Source: Wickerhamiella versatilis (Eukaryota). From it: a DNA stretch of 64,000 bases. Position 1 is the stretch's first letter. Each line of letters begins with the position of its first letter. The position numbers were made by a program, and so were the translations under genes. Shown one piece after another: positions 12,183 to 22,081 of this stretch. Below the pieces are notes generated by a model. That model ran no database searches and was not told the DNA's origin. It saw nothing but the letters and a program-made list of their open reading frames with translations. The DNA lies in the NCBI GenBank assembly GCA_030867685.1, contig JAQOWU010000008.1, positions 3,348,001 to 3,412,000 of the forward strand. Direction: 5' to 3'.

Positions 12183-13073
12183 ATGGCCTCTAGATGGCCA
12201 CCTGCTTTGTCTTCAACAGCCTTTAATGAAGGCCAGTTAATTTCCGTCAAAATTTCAGAGGATAGAAGCCTCAGTCAGAACGAGCGAGAGCAGCTTCTAC
12301 CTATCATAGCGTGCATGGATAATACGGACTTGTCGGATGCACTCGTGTGGTCAAAGGACAAATTAAATTTGTTTGACAAGCTTACAAAATTTAAGCCGTA
12401 TGAATATGAGGCTGGTATGAAATTTGAAACCGCTTATTACCAACCTGATGCAGAGACCACATACTGCGCTGTGACAACAGGTGATACAGGTGTTTTGTAC
12501 TGCTACGTAGAAGATAGCGGCTGGAAGATCTTCGGTATTTTTTCAATAGTTGATGGATCCCGGAACCACATGCATAAATTTGTTTCTTACGAAGAGTTAT
12601 CGGCGAAGGAAAGTGAAGGAATAATGTCACCAAAATCCGAATCAGCCTCCCTCACAAATTCGGAAGATAACTACTGGTCACAGTATGACAATTTACCCAG
12701 CGATCCAGATGCAGAGCCTGACAATGTTAGACCTTTGAGTCAACAGAAACCTGGATCCACAAAAGATTACTCTCGAGTATTCTTGAGAAGCCATGTTTTA
12801 TCCGTCTTGCGAGATCTACATGAATTTTATACAGATCTTGGCTTTGAATCAGAGAAATGGTGTAGAATTGTTCTATCATGGTTAAATGAGGGCGGAGGCA
12901 GGACGGAGAATCCTGTCGAGAGACTTAATCATCGCATCTTATCATCACTAGCTCGTCTACATGAGCAAATGTTAATATCTAAATCTGAGTTTGAGCGTGA
13001 TGTTCAATTGGCAATTGTTGAGTTGCATCCTTTTGCTTTATCGGATCATGAGTCCCGTGACAGCTATTCATAA
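12183..13073 (+). CDS. Hypothetical protein (~296 aa)
   Basis: Long ORF filling the GLC3-UTP10 gap; first ATG at 12183; acidic EDNYWSQYD motif; family not recognised. Confidence 0.7.
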   Translation: MASRWPPALSSTAFNEGQLISVKISEDRSLSQNEREQLLPIIACMDNTDLSDALVWSKDKLNLFDKLTKFKPYEYEAGMKFETAYYQPDAETTYCAVTTGDTGVLYCYVEDSGWKIFGIFSIVDGSRNHMHKFVSYEELSAKESEGIMSPKSESASLTNSEDNYWSQYDNLPSDPDAEPDNVRPLSQQKPGSTKDYSRVFLRSHVLSVLRDLHEFYTDLGFESEKWCRIVLSWLNEGGGRTENPVERLNHRILSSLARLHEQMLISKSEFERDVQLAIVELHPFALSDHESRDSYS

Positions 13074-13122
13074 GGTAAAAAAAAATCTTAGTCATTTAAT
13101 TCTTCAAGACTGGAAACTTTCC

Positions 13123-16100
13123 ATGAGCTCGCTTCAGGCGCAGCTTGCTGGCATCCAGGCTAATAACAATGCTACAATTTTGAATAAATCAAAGCGGAAA
13201 AAAATTCATAGTGTCTCACTGATTTATGAGCCTCGTGAAGCCGCAGCTCAAGATTTCGAAACTATATATTATGGTGCGCTTCCAGCATTTAGGGAACTGG
13301 AAGCTCTTGACCGACGTTTCAGTGCATTTTCTAGATCTCTTTTCTCGGAGACGTCTGTTAGGTTTGACAGATCGGTGCAAACTTTGGACCAATCCCAAGT
13401 TCTCAACAAAACCGTCGAACGTTTCCTAATGCTCGTCAGCGGTTATTTGAATCTACAACCAGCGGTAAAAGCACTTGAATGGCTTGTCCGCCGTTTTCAT
13501 ATTCACCTTGAAAATACAGAGTCCTTAATTCTTGCCGCATTACCCTATTATCAAGAGGATGTTTTTGTGCGGGTTTTAGATATCATTCCACGCTTCCCAG
13601 TACCATTTCAGTTCCTGCAAGTCCCCAAACAAACTTTGAAAGGGCCTAGCCGGAATTCTCTTGTGCGAGTTTTGGCCAAGGATGAGCAAGCGCTTGAAGT
13701 GATCAATAATTGGACACTTGAGAGCGTACAGGCGGGCTATGCTCACTCAAGACTTCTCGTGTTCTGGTCAACTACTTTAATTTGTGTTATTATGGTATTT
13801 CGCGAGGCTGGAAATGCTGATATTGTTGATCGTATTCTGCCCCTGTTGGCAGAGGTATTGCCTCAGCAGCGCCGCCCGCAAGCACAAATTGCTGCTTATA
13901 TGGTCCTTGCTGTAGTTGTATCGCAGTTTCCACTTGATGACGGTGTTGTGGATGCTACGGTCCAAACAATCGCTAACCACTCGTCAGAGGTTCGAATGCA
14001 TGCATTGGCATGTATTGCTCAACTTATCTCTTACTCCTCCGTCTCTTACCAAGTTGTACCATTGGAGTTTCATTGGTCCAAGGAGGAAGTAGCCCCTCTA
14101 GCGCGGGAACATCGTATTGGGGGCTTCGTCGTGAAATGGGTTCTGTCCGTTCCAATGTCCGAGTCTTTAGACGTCATTCGTGAAACTCCACTCTCAGAAG
14201 AACAGATTAACATAATCTGCAGCAGGGTATGTGCAAGAATTTTAAAGAATGGAAAGGCAGATGATCCGCACGAAAATACTGCTCTTGTGGAATTTGTGGA
14301 ATGGGCACTTGACCAAGGATATCCAGCTAATACAGATGCGTTAGAAGTATCGTTACAGTCTGCAATTGAACGCCCCTCAACTACACAGAGCGTAGATACA
14401 GCTTTTACGACACCAGAAATGGAAATAGAAGAACGAACAGATAAAGAGAAGCTTGATGAACCCAATATTTTGGAACTATCAAACCATCTTAATCCACCAT
14501 CGCGTTCTTTCTTGGCTCAAGAAGATCCTGAAAGATACTATTTGTACACAAAAGCTATAATTTCATGTCCACATGAAGCACTGGATCTTGTCAGAGTAGG
14601 AGATCGTAAAATCTCATTCTTGTTGAGTGTCGCGCTAGCTAACAATCCTGCTTTGTCTCGAATAGCTGCTGTTGATGCACTAAGCCAGTTTCCAGAAATA
14701 GATGCTGTCGAATTTACTCCTGCGGTTCTTACTTTACTGGCAGATCCAGAGAGACGTGTAAGAAGTGCGGCAGCTCAGGTCTGGCAGCATCTTAAGCCTA
14801 CGAAAGGCAATGCTAAGAGCGACGTTTGGGGACCAGATACAAGTCTTGTGCATATCGGGCGCTCTGAACTTTCTCAGGCCATTAAACGTGCATCCAGCCG
14901 ACTTAAAGAATGTGCGCTTGATGCTGATCATTTTATTATCTTAGCCAGGCACGCCGGCAAGGCGGCATGGAGTGACTACTTGGCAAGTCATGCAATTTCC
15001 ACGCCACATCCTCGGGTTCTTTGGATTCTATTGAGAATATTGGCACAATTTCGTGGTGTATTTAGGCAACTTTCTCCACTTTACACCGACTGGGATCCGA
15101 AAATATGGGAGAAACGTTGTAGTCCTGCAAAATTTCCTGCATTGTCTGAGCTAGAGTATGCGTTGGTTAATGCTATTCATACGAAAGACCCCAAGGCAAT
15201 TGATTTCTTGATTCAGGCTTTGAAGTCAGATAACTTGTCCTTAGCAGAAGCTGCCGGAAATCGTATTCTAGCCTTATGGCCAACCGAAGTTTTAGATCAG
15301 GATGCCAAAAAACACCTCTTTTCGTCTATGATGGACATTGCTGTTGATGAGAGCATCGAATATGATCCGTTGGGAATCTTGAATGAACTCCCCTTGGATT
15401 CAACTGATCTCTCTCTTGCTTTGGAGAACGCAAGACTTTTAAAGAAGGGACATACGACGCCAAACGAAGTACCAAAACGGCGAAGGCGCAGCTCTGGTTC
15501 ACTTGTCAGACCTGGTTCAGGGCTTGCGGAACACCATCTGAGAAAGGTGACTTTGCTTCTCGAAATAGTAGATGCCAAGGTGAAGAAGTCATTAGGCCCG
15601 CAACCGCAGAAGCTCTTCCCGCCACTCTTTGATATATTCGAGGAACTTGTTGCGCTTGGATCTGATTCGAACCTACCAGTTCTTTATACTGAGGAGCTTC
15701 TAGCTAACTGCATGACCCAGCTTGTTGATGTTGTGAAACAGAATTGTGACATCAAGGACCTTGGTGCCATTCGCGTGAACGTTATTGTCTCAGGTATACG
15801 AACCTCAACATCGCCTCAAGTTCAAAATAGACTCCTCCTTCTAGTTGCGCGATTGGCAGAGCTCGTTCCTGACTTGGTATTGCATAGTGTTATGCCGATT
15901 TTTACCTTCATGGGAGCGAATACTGTCCGACTCGATAATGATTTCAGTGCACATGTCATACAGCAGACTATTGAACACGTTATTCCTGCCTTGGCAGCCC
16001 GTGATGATAAGCAAGAGGAGGTTGAAATGGCATTGATCAGCTTCAGTGCGGCATTTCCTCATATCCCTCGCCATCGTCGACATCGGCTCTTTTCAACTCT

Positions 16101-18012
16101 AGTTAGGGTTCTGGGCCCGGATGATAGTCTGTACAAGTTGTTGCTGTTGCTCGGAAAGCGATATGCTGATGCCAAGCTGCAGAGAAGACCAGCAGAAAGT
16201 GTCATTCAATTTTCAACTACTTTTTTGCGCTCGTTCCCACCAGAGACTCAACTACGTACTATGGTTAGATATGTGCAGTTTGTATTGAAGGCTGAGGGCT
16301 CTGGATTGGATGAGCTTGCTCGATCACTTCAGGGCGATGTGGGTGAAACAAGGCGTGCTCTGCTGCTCGAATTCTTGGAACTAATTGTGGGTAACGATCA
16401 GGTGGCTAGTGGAATCCAGCCATTGAGAGCCCAGATGCGACGCGAAGGTGTTACTGATGACCAGTTAACGCTCTGTGCAGAGATGATAGAGTTAACACAG
16501 GGCCACCCTTCACTTCTGTATATCGCTGCCGAGCTTCTTCCTATCAAAAGATTTGTGGATGCAGCCGCACAACTATTGCCAGAAGGATTGGAAGTTGTAG
16601 AGCGCAAGTTTGGTTATGAATTACCAGACAACGAGGATGCCATCGATGCTGCTGATAAAATTCTAGACCTGCTTTCGCATCACCAGGGTGCAAGTACTAT
16701 GGATACGATGGATTCTATCTTGGAAAAGTTTGGCAAGAATCTCCCGCAGCGCGAGTTGAAATTGCTTGATTCTTTGGTGGGTCCATATGGGTTGCTCAGT
16801 AGTGATGAAAGAGACGCTGTCAGTGCAATTTGTTGCATAAGTACATGCTGCCAGCATCTAGGAGCAAGGGTTATTGGTCACTTTACGCGAATATTGCCTC
16901 CTTTGTTCGATAAATCCATTCATTCGGGTTCAATGGATATTCGGCTTGCAGCAATCGCCCTTATTGATGGCCTTGTTCAGCGAATACCATCTTTCATGAA
17001 TGCAACTGTCCCGCGCATCCTAGAGGTAGTTTGGCGAGCGAATGACGTGGATATTAATTCCAAAGAAGAACTTCTCTCAGATATTGCACTTAAGATGGAC
17101 CATCGAGCTGTCATTAATGGGTATGTCACCACTTGGGAATTTGCTCTGCGCAGCGGACTAAATACCATCCAGTTATTCTTCGCTAGCTTGGGGCAAATCT
17201 TCGAAATGGTATCCAAAAAGGAAGCAGCACAGGTTGCACCTATGATCTTTGACCAACTGCTTCCAGCTGCTCTAGGGACTCGAACCCAAGCATTGCTAAA
17301 CGCTAATGATACAAACCAAGTTGAATCACTTGCTGCCTCTTTTGGAGTCAAGGTGGTTCTTAAGCTTAACGATAAGGTTTTCAGAGGTCTCTTTGTTCAC
17401 GTTGTTCGGTGGGGCCTTCTTTCTAACCCTGATGATGCTCTCCGCGTTATCCCTACCATGAAATTTGTAAATAAGGTGTTGGGAAGCCTTAAGTCGATCG
17501 TAACCAGTTATTTCGGCTATATTATTGATGCAGTTGATACAGTAATCAGAGGAAATAATGAGCAGGCAAGGAATATCTGTCTTCAATCACTTATCTTGAG
17601 CTTTTCCAGCGACCAGGATGATTTCTGGTGCTCTCCTGCGCGTTTTGACACCATTTCAGGTACCCTTTTGGACCTAGCTAGTAAGCACCCATCCAATCTC
17701 TTGGTTAAAGCTGTTACAAGACTAGCAGAGGCCTGTACCCCGCCTCAATGCAGGCATCGTATAAATGAGGGTCTATCATCTGCTATCGCTAGCGACAAAT
17801 CTGCCACGGAGCGTATTTGGGGTGTTCGGACCTTAAGTAGTATTTACTCTCGCTTAGGAGAAGAATGGAGAGACAACTTGCCGCAGCTCGTTCCTTTGAT
17901 CGCAGAGTTGCTTGACGATGAGGATGAGCGTGTAGTGAGCGTTGCCAATGACGGTCTGGTTCCTGTACTAGAAGAGGTGCTTGGTGAGCCTCTTGATAGA
18001 TATCTTAGCTAA
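13123..18012 (+). CDS. UTP10: U3 snoRNP HEAT-repeat protein Utp10
   Basis: MSSLQAQL start, KALEWLVRRFHIH, LHSVMPIFTFMG, HIPRHRR, BP28CT-like KLNDKVFR, LPQLVPLIAELLDDEDE, LGEPLDRYL end. Confidence 0.95.
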   Translation: MSSLQAQLAGIQANNNATILNKSKRKKIHSVSLIYEPREAAAQDFETIYYGALPAFRELEALDRRFSAFSRSLFSETSVRFDRSVQTLDQSQVLNKTVERFLMLVSGYLNLQPAVKALEWLVRRFHIHLENTESLILAALPYYQEDVFVRVLDIIPRFPVPFQFLQVPKQTLKGPSRNSLVRVLAKDEQALEVINNWTLESVQAGYAHSRLLVFWSTTLICVIMVFREAGNADIVDRILPLLAEVLPQQRRPQAQIAAYMVLAVVVSQFPLDDGVVDATVQTIANHSSEVRMHALACIAQLISYSSVSYQVVPLEFHWSKEEVAPLAREHRIGGFVVKWVLSVPMSESLDVIRETPLSEEQINIICSRVCARILKNGKADDPHENTALVEFVEWALDQGYPANTDALEVSLQSAIERPSTTQSVDTAFTTPEMEIEERTDKEKLDEPNILELSNHLNPPSRSFLAQEDPERYYLYTKAIISCPHEALDLVRVGDRKISFLLSVALANNPALSRIAAVDALSQFPEIDAVEFTPAVLTLLADPERRVRSAAAQVWQHLKPTKGNAKSDVWGPDTSLVHIGRSELSQAIKRASSRLKECALDADHFIILARHAGKAAWSDYLASHAISTPHPRVLWILLRILAQFRGVFRQLSPLYTDWDPKIWEKRCSPAKFPALSELEYALVNAIHTKDPKAIDFLIQALKSDNLSLAEAAGNRILALWPTEVLDQDAKKHLFSSMMDIAVDESIEYDPLGILNELPLDSTDLSLALENARLLKKGHTTPNEVPKRRRRSSGSLVRPGSGLAEHHLRKVTLLLEIVDAKVKKSLGPQPQKLFPPLFDIFEELVALGSDSNLPVLYTEELLANCMTQLVDVVKQNCDIKDLGAIRVNVIVSGIRTSTSPQVQNRLLLLVARLAELVPDLVLHSVMPIFTFMGANTVRLDNDFSAHVIQQTIEHVIPALAARDDKQEEVEMALISFSAAFPHIPRHRRHRLFSTLVRVLGPDDSLYKLLLLLGKRYADAKLQRRPAESVIQFSTTFLRSFPPETQLRTMVRYVQFVLKAEGSGLDELARSLQGDVGETRRALLLEFLELIVGNDQVASGIQPLRAQMRREGVTDDQLTLCAEMIELTQGHPSLLYIAAELLPIKRFVDAAAQLLPEGLEVVERKFGYELPDNEDAIDAADKILDLLSHHQGASTMDTMDSILEKFGKNLPQRELKLLDSLVGPYGLLSSDERDAVSAICCISTCCQHLGARVIGHFTRILPPLFDKSIHSGSMDIRLAAIALIDGLVQRIPSFMNATVPRILEVVWRANDVDINSKEELLSDIALKMDHRAVINGYVTTWEFALRSGLNTIQLFFASLGQIFEMVSKKEAAQVAPMIFDQLLPAALGTRTQALLNANDTNQVESLAASFGVKVVLKLNDKVFRGLFVHVVRWGLLSNPDDALRVIPTMKFVNKVLGSLKSIVTSYFGYIIDAVDTVIRGNNEQARNICLQSLILSFSSDQDDFWCSPARFDTISGTLLDLASKHPSNLLVKAVTRLAEACTPPQCRHRINEGLSSAIASDKSATERIWGVRTLSSIYSRLGEEWRDNLPQLVPLIAELLDDEDERVVSVANDGLVPVLEEVLGEPLDRYLS

Positions 18013-18322
18013 AATGTAGATAGGAATACGTTGTACTTTACATATTTGTTTTTATTTAGTTTTTGCCTACCATCCAAATTCTTCCTTCGTAACCGCGATG
18101 ACAGTCCGTCCCATATAATGTCAAATTTGACGTTATAACATATGTCAAAATAAATTTCCCGCGCAGGAATAGGAGAAGTAGTAAATACGTGCAAACAGGG
18201 GTCAAAAAAGAGAAGACATTCAAAAATATATCGTCTAAAGGGATAAAACGGGCAGAACTACTTTTAAAGCCATAACCCATAAAGTCTATATACACACCTA
18301 AGAAGAACCACACAGATATATA

Positions 18323-18568
18323 TTAACCCTGTCTTTGCTTGTGCTTAGGATCTGATTTGCAGTAAACGTACACCCTTCCTTTTCTTCTCACTATGTAGCA
18401 GTGTGAGCAGTACTTCTTCACAGATGCACCAACCTTCATGCCTCGAACCTGCTGAGAAATACCGCAGGCAGAAGGTGCCATATGTACATTCATTAAAGCA
18501 GGTCGAATAATCATCGGTCGGCCTGACCCGAATATTGTACGGGCAGAGGATGCCAGGCGAGAAAGCAT
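18323..18568 (-). CDS. RTC6: Mitochondrial ribosomal protein bL36m
   Basis: Presequence followed by [40 protein letters not shown] (L36 zinc ribbon); ATG at 18568. Confidence 0.93.
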   Translation of the reverse strand: MLSRLASSARTIFGSGRPMIIRPALMNVHMAPSACGISQQVRGMKVGASVKKYCSHCYIVRRKGRVYVYCKSDPKHKQRQG

Positions 18569-18788
18569 GGTAACGATGACTAACCACACTGAATATATTA
18601 TTTTAACCGAACATGAAGTAACTACAAATTTCTAATGAGAAGACACGCTAAGGCAACAACAATAACTTAAAACACGTTGAGTACTGTTATTTCAAGCACT
18701 ATGACTGGAAAGAGTTCCTCACAATAAAGTAGCAGCAAATAACCACCATTACATAATAAGACCAAGCCCTTTGAGCAACGTGCGCGTT

Positions 18789-20042
18789 ATGAGTTGGAAA
18801 GGATTTCAGAAATCGGTGGCGCGTGCGCCTCAGCAAATCCGGCGAAAGGTCCATAAAGGCGAATATGACACCGATGATGCCCTTTTCGATGACGTACTAA
18901 GAAGGTTCGAGTCAATAGAACACCACACAAAAAAGTTACATGAGGAGTCAAGACGCTATAAGGAAACTGTGAATGGGATATTTCAGCATCAAATCGAGTA
19001 TATCCAGGCAATTGAGCACTTAAGTGGGCCAATCAGTGGAAGCTTTTCGGATCCGGAAACATTGAAGCCCCAGGGGAATCTTGATGGAATTGCAGCATGC
19101 CAGCAATACCGGGAGCTAATAATTCAATTGAGGCAACTGATAGACCCAGAACTGGAATTGATAGGATCTCGCATCTTGAGACCCGCGGTTGAGATGCTTT
19201 CTATCATGAATTCAACCAGGAAGATGCTAACAAAGCGCGAGCACAAGCAGATAGATGTTGAACGCCGGGAGTCCAGCTTAAGAAAAATTCAAGAGAAACA
19301 GGACCGTAGTGCCAAGGATGCAGAAAAAATGCACAAAGCTGAGAATGATCTTGAGATCGCCCAGGAGGAATATAATCATGTGGCCGGCATGCTGAAAGAT
19401 GAATTGCCTAAACTATTTGCGCTTGAGGGTCAATTTTTTAAGCCTTTATTTGAAAGCTTCTACTTCATTCAATTGAACATATATTACACAATTTCCAGTC
19501 GTATGGAGGAAATGAAAATCCCTTACTTCAATTTAGATTCGGATATTGTCGGTGGATTTCACTCGAAACGTGGTACCATTGAACAGCAGGTAGGCCAACT
19601 TGGAATACTTCATTCTCATCTAGATCATGCGGATGATGCTCATTATGGTCAACTTTCTGGCGAGAGCCCTAGTGATGAATATTCATACGATGAGCCACCA
19701 CCATATAACGAGAATGGAATGAGCCCGAGAGCGAGTGGCAGGCATGATCGCTACTCTTATTTGTCCGACAGTGATCACTCTGATGTGTCTAGTCCACGTG
19801 GGAGTAACGACTTTGCACCTGAGAAACCACCTAGGATGCCTCCACGGCCCCGGCCTGCTCCAAAAACCGCTGAGATGTGTACTGCATTGTATGATTTTAA
19901 TGCTCAGGCACCCTCTGATCTAAGTTTCCGGGAGGGTGACACTATTGAAATTGTAAGGCGAACAGATAGCACTGAGGATTGGTGGGTTGGCAGCTTAAAT
20001 GGTGTGGAGGGTAATTTTCCGGCAAATTATGTTAAGCTATAG
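18789..20042 (+). CDS. RVS167: Amphiphysin-like N-BAR + SH3 protein (Rvs167 family)
   Basis: MSWKGFQKSVARAPQ, LKDELPKLF, C-terminal SH3 ALYDF...DLSFREGD...WWVG...GNFPANYV; could be a paralogue. Confidence 0.85.
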   Translation: MSWKGFQKSVARAPQQIRRKVHKGEYDTDDALFDDVLRRFESIEHHTKKLHEESRRYKETVNGIFQHQIEYIQAIEHLSGPISGSFSDPETLKPQGNLDGIAACQQYRELIIQLRQLIDPELELIGSRILRPAVEMLSIMNSTRKMLTKREHKQIDVERRESSLRKIQEKQDRSAKDAEKMHKAENDLEIAQEEYNHVAGMLKDELPKLFALEGQFFKPLFESFYFIQLNIYYTISSRMEEMKIPYFNLDSDIVGGFHSKRGTIEQQVGQLGILHSHLDHADDAHYGQLSGESPSDEYSYDEPPPYNENGMSPRASGRHDRYSYLSDSDHSDVSSPRGSNDFAPEKPPRMPPRPRPAPKTAEMCTALYDFNAQAPSDLSFREGDTIEIVRRTDSTEDWWVGSLNGVEGNFPANYVKL

Positions 20043-20270
20043 ATTTTAATTGTTTCATATCCTGTCACTATGAATTACGGTTCAAAGCCGACACTGTCAG
20101 GCTGCATATGATGACACATCAGATGCTGGATGGCTGAGATGAGATGTGTTGATTGACCCAGGCTTAGACAGCAGAGTCAGCACCTCAATTTGGGTGACGA
20201 CGCCCCCACCTATTAATAGCCTTGTCATCATTATACACCCTATTTCCAGACTCGCCAAAGTGCGATAAAT

Positions 20271-21860
20271 ATGGAGTCACCACTCTCCTCGTCGCCTACA
20301 CGAGGTCTTTCCTCCTGGTGGAGGGCTTTTAACAACAAGCGAGATGGGGAGGAGACAGGATCAGGAGGATTACAGAGGAGTGCTGGAGGTAAGAGACCGG
20401 GATTGAGTCGTGCACCGGCGTCGGCTTCATATGTTTTTGCTCGTGATCCATCTATAGTCGAGGAAGATGAAGCGACAGTTGTTTATAACCAAGGAAATCG
20501 TGTCACGATTCCTCGAGAATATGTGGATAGTCCAATATTCGGTGTACCCTTGGAAGCAAGTGTTAAGTATGCAAGCGTTAAGATTTCTCTCACGGATAGT
20601 AAGGGTGATAGCTTTGTGTATGGGCATGTCCCAGTTATCATTGCGAAATGCTCTGTGTACTTGAAGCAAAAAGCACTTGATGTCGAGGGTATTTTCAGAG
20701 TTCCTGGGAGTTCACGAAGGATAAAGCAATTACAGGCTGAGTTCAACTCACCGCCGCGGTTCGGTAAGGACATGGGCTGGGAAGGATATACTGTACATGA
20801 CGCCGCCAATCTACTCCGGCGGTATTTGAACACCCTGCCAGAACCAATAATACCCCTCGCATCCGTTAATGTATTCAGAGACCTTCTTGAGAAATTCCCT
20901 AGTATCCCTGCATATTTGAATGCCCAAATTCAGATTATGAACCCCGGCACAGAGTCTTCTGCATCGCAAGACGTACCACCACCTTCTAGTGAGGTGGTTA
21001 GCCAGGCAGTAAAGGAGTACCAGTCGTTGATATCCGGTCTTCCACCCATTCGTCTACAGCTGCTTGTATACCTACTGGACCTCCTATCTGTGTTTGATGC
21101 ACAGTCAAAAGAAACTCGTATGCCAGCATCAAACCTTGCTGCAACATTTCAGCCTGCAATATTGTCACACCCAGAACATGATATGAATCCAGATGAATAC
21201 CAACTTTCTCGATTGGTGGTTGAATTCCTAATAAGGAATAGTGGCACCATACTCCGTGATGTTCAGAAACAAGCTATCAAAGAACATGAGATTGTTAAAG
21301 AAATGAAAGCAAACGAGACATCTCAGCCCATACAGATACCAACAATAGTAGAGTCCCCAGCCTCTGATCCGGCACCAGAGCTCACTGCCCAACCGTCGCC
21401 AGTACACCGCAGTACGTTATTGAATTCAGGAAAACATAAGCGACAACATTCAAAGAGCTTGTCAAGTGCTGCCTCTCCCTATGTTGCTTTGCGGAGGCCT
21501 TCTCCTCCCTCAGAATCTTCCCATAGAAAAAGCTCGATAGGGAACACGCGCAAGCAGAACTCTCCATCACTCTCAGCTTCACCTGTGGACGAGAACCAGC
21601 AACAGCCGACACCTACGACATCGACATCTGCAGAATCTGTTGAAGGTACAGCAGCAATACCAATGCCTAGGCCTCGTGGACGCAAATCAAGTACAGATGA
21701 TGAAACAGGGTCGTCTATAAAGAGTAAATGGCGTCGTTCCATTTTAGGACTATTCCCAGATGCTGATTCACGAGGAATTTCTCCTTCTCGAGGGATGTCG
21801 CCTCCTTCAAGCTGGTTTTCACGACGCGGCAATAGTCGTGGAGGAACACCAGATGAATAA
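20271..21860 (+). CDS. SAC7: Rho GTPase-activating protein, Sac7/Bag7 family
   Basis: IFGVPLEASVKYA, EGIFRVPGSSRRIK (arginine finger), WEGYTVHDAANLLRRYL, NLAATFQPAILSHP. Confidence 0.88.
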   Translation: MESPLSSSPTRGLSSWWRAFNNKRDGEETGSGGLQRSAGGKRPGLSRAPASASYVFARDPSIVEEDEATVVYNQGNRVTIPREYVDSPIFGVPLEASVKYASVKISLTDSKGDSFVYGHVPVIIAKCSVYLKQKALDVEGIFRVPGSSRRIKQLQAEFNSPPRFGKDMGWEGYTVHDAANLLRRYLNTLPEPIIPLASVNVFRDLLEKFPSIPAYLNAQIQIMNPGTESSASQDVPPPSSEVVSQAVKEYQSLISGLPPIRLQLLVYLLDLLSVFDAQSKETRMPASNLAATFQPAILSHPEHDMNPDEYQLSRLVVEFLIRNSGTILRDVQKQAIKEHEIVKEMKANETSQPIQIPTIVESPASDPAPELTAQPSPVHRSTLLNSGKHKRQHSKSLSSAASPYVALRRPSPPSESSHRKSSIGNTRKQNSPSLSASPVDENQQQPTPTTSTSAESVEGTAAIPMPRPRGRKSSTDDETGSSIKSKWRRSILGLFPDADSRGISPSRGMSPPSSWFSRRGNSRGGTPDE

Positions 21861-22081
21861 AAGTTTAACCAAAGTTGCGCTGAGCGCGAATGAATAGTAA
21901 TACTAGCCTTGTCATTGAAGTCACCGCGACGTCATCTCCATAATTTACACTATTATCCCCTCTAAGTGAGCACCGTTAACAGTTTAGTTAAGATACTATT
22001 TTCCCGTGGGTGAGGAATCTTCTACTTTAGGAGAAATAGACAAGATGTATTACGTAACCCGTCGCGCGCCGGGTGGTTCAC

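Noticed and set aside
12991-13122. TTG/GTG-initiated N-terminal extensions in the ORF track (UTP10, NOP6, BFA1, MSB3, RSE1 and others)
   Set aside because: Eukaryotic sequence; homology begins at the first ATG and some extensions overlap neighbouring genes
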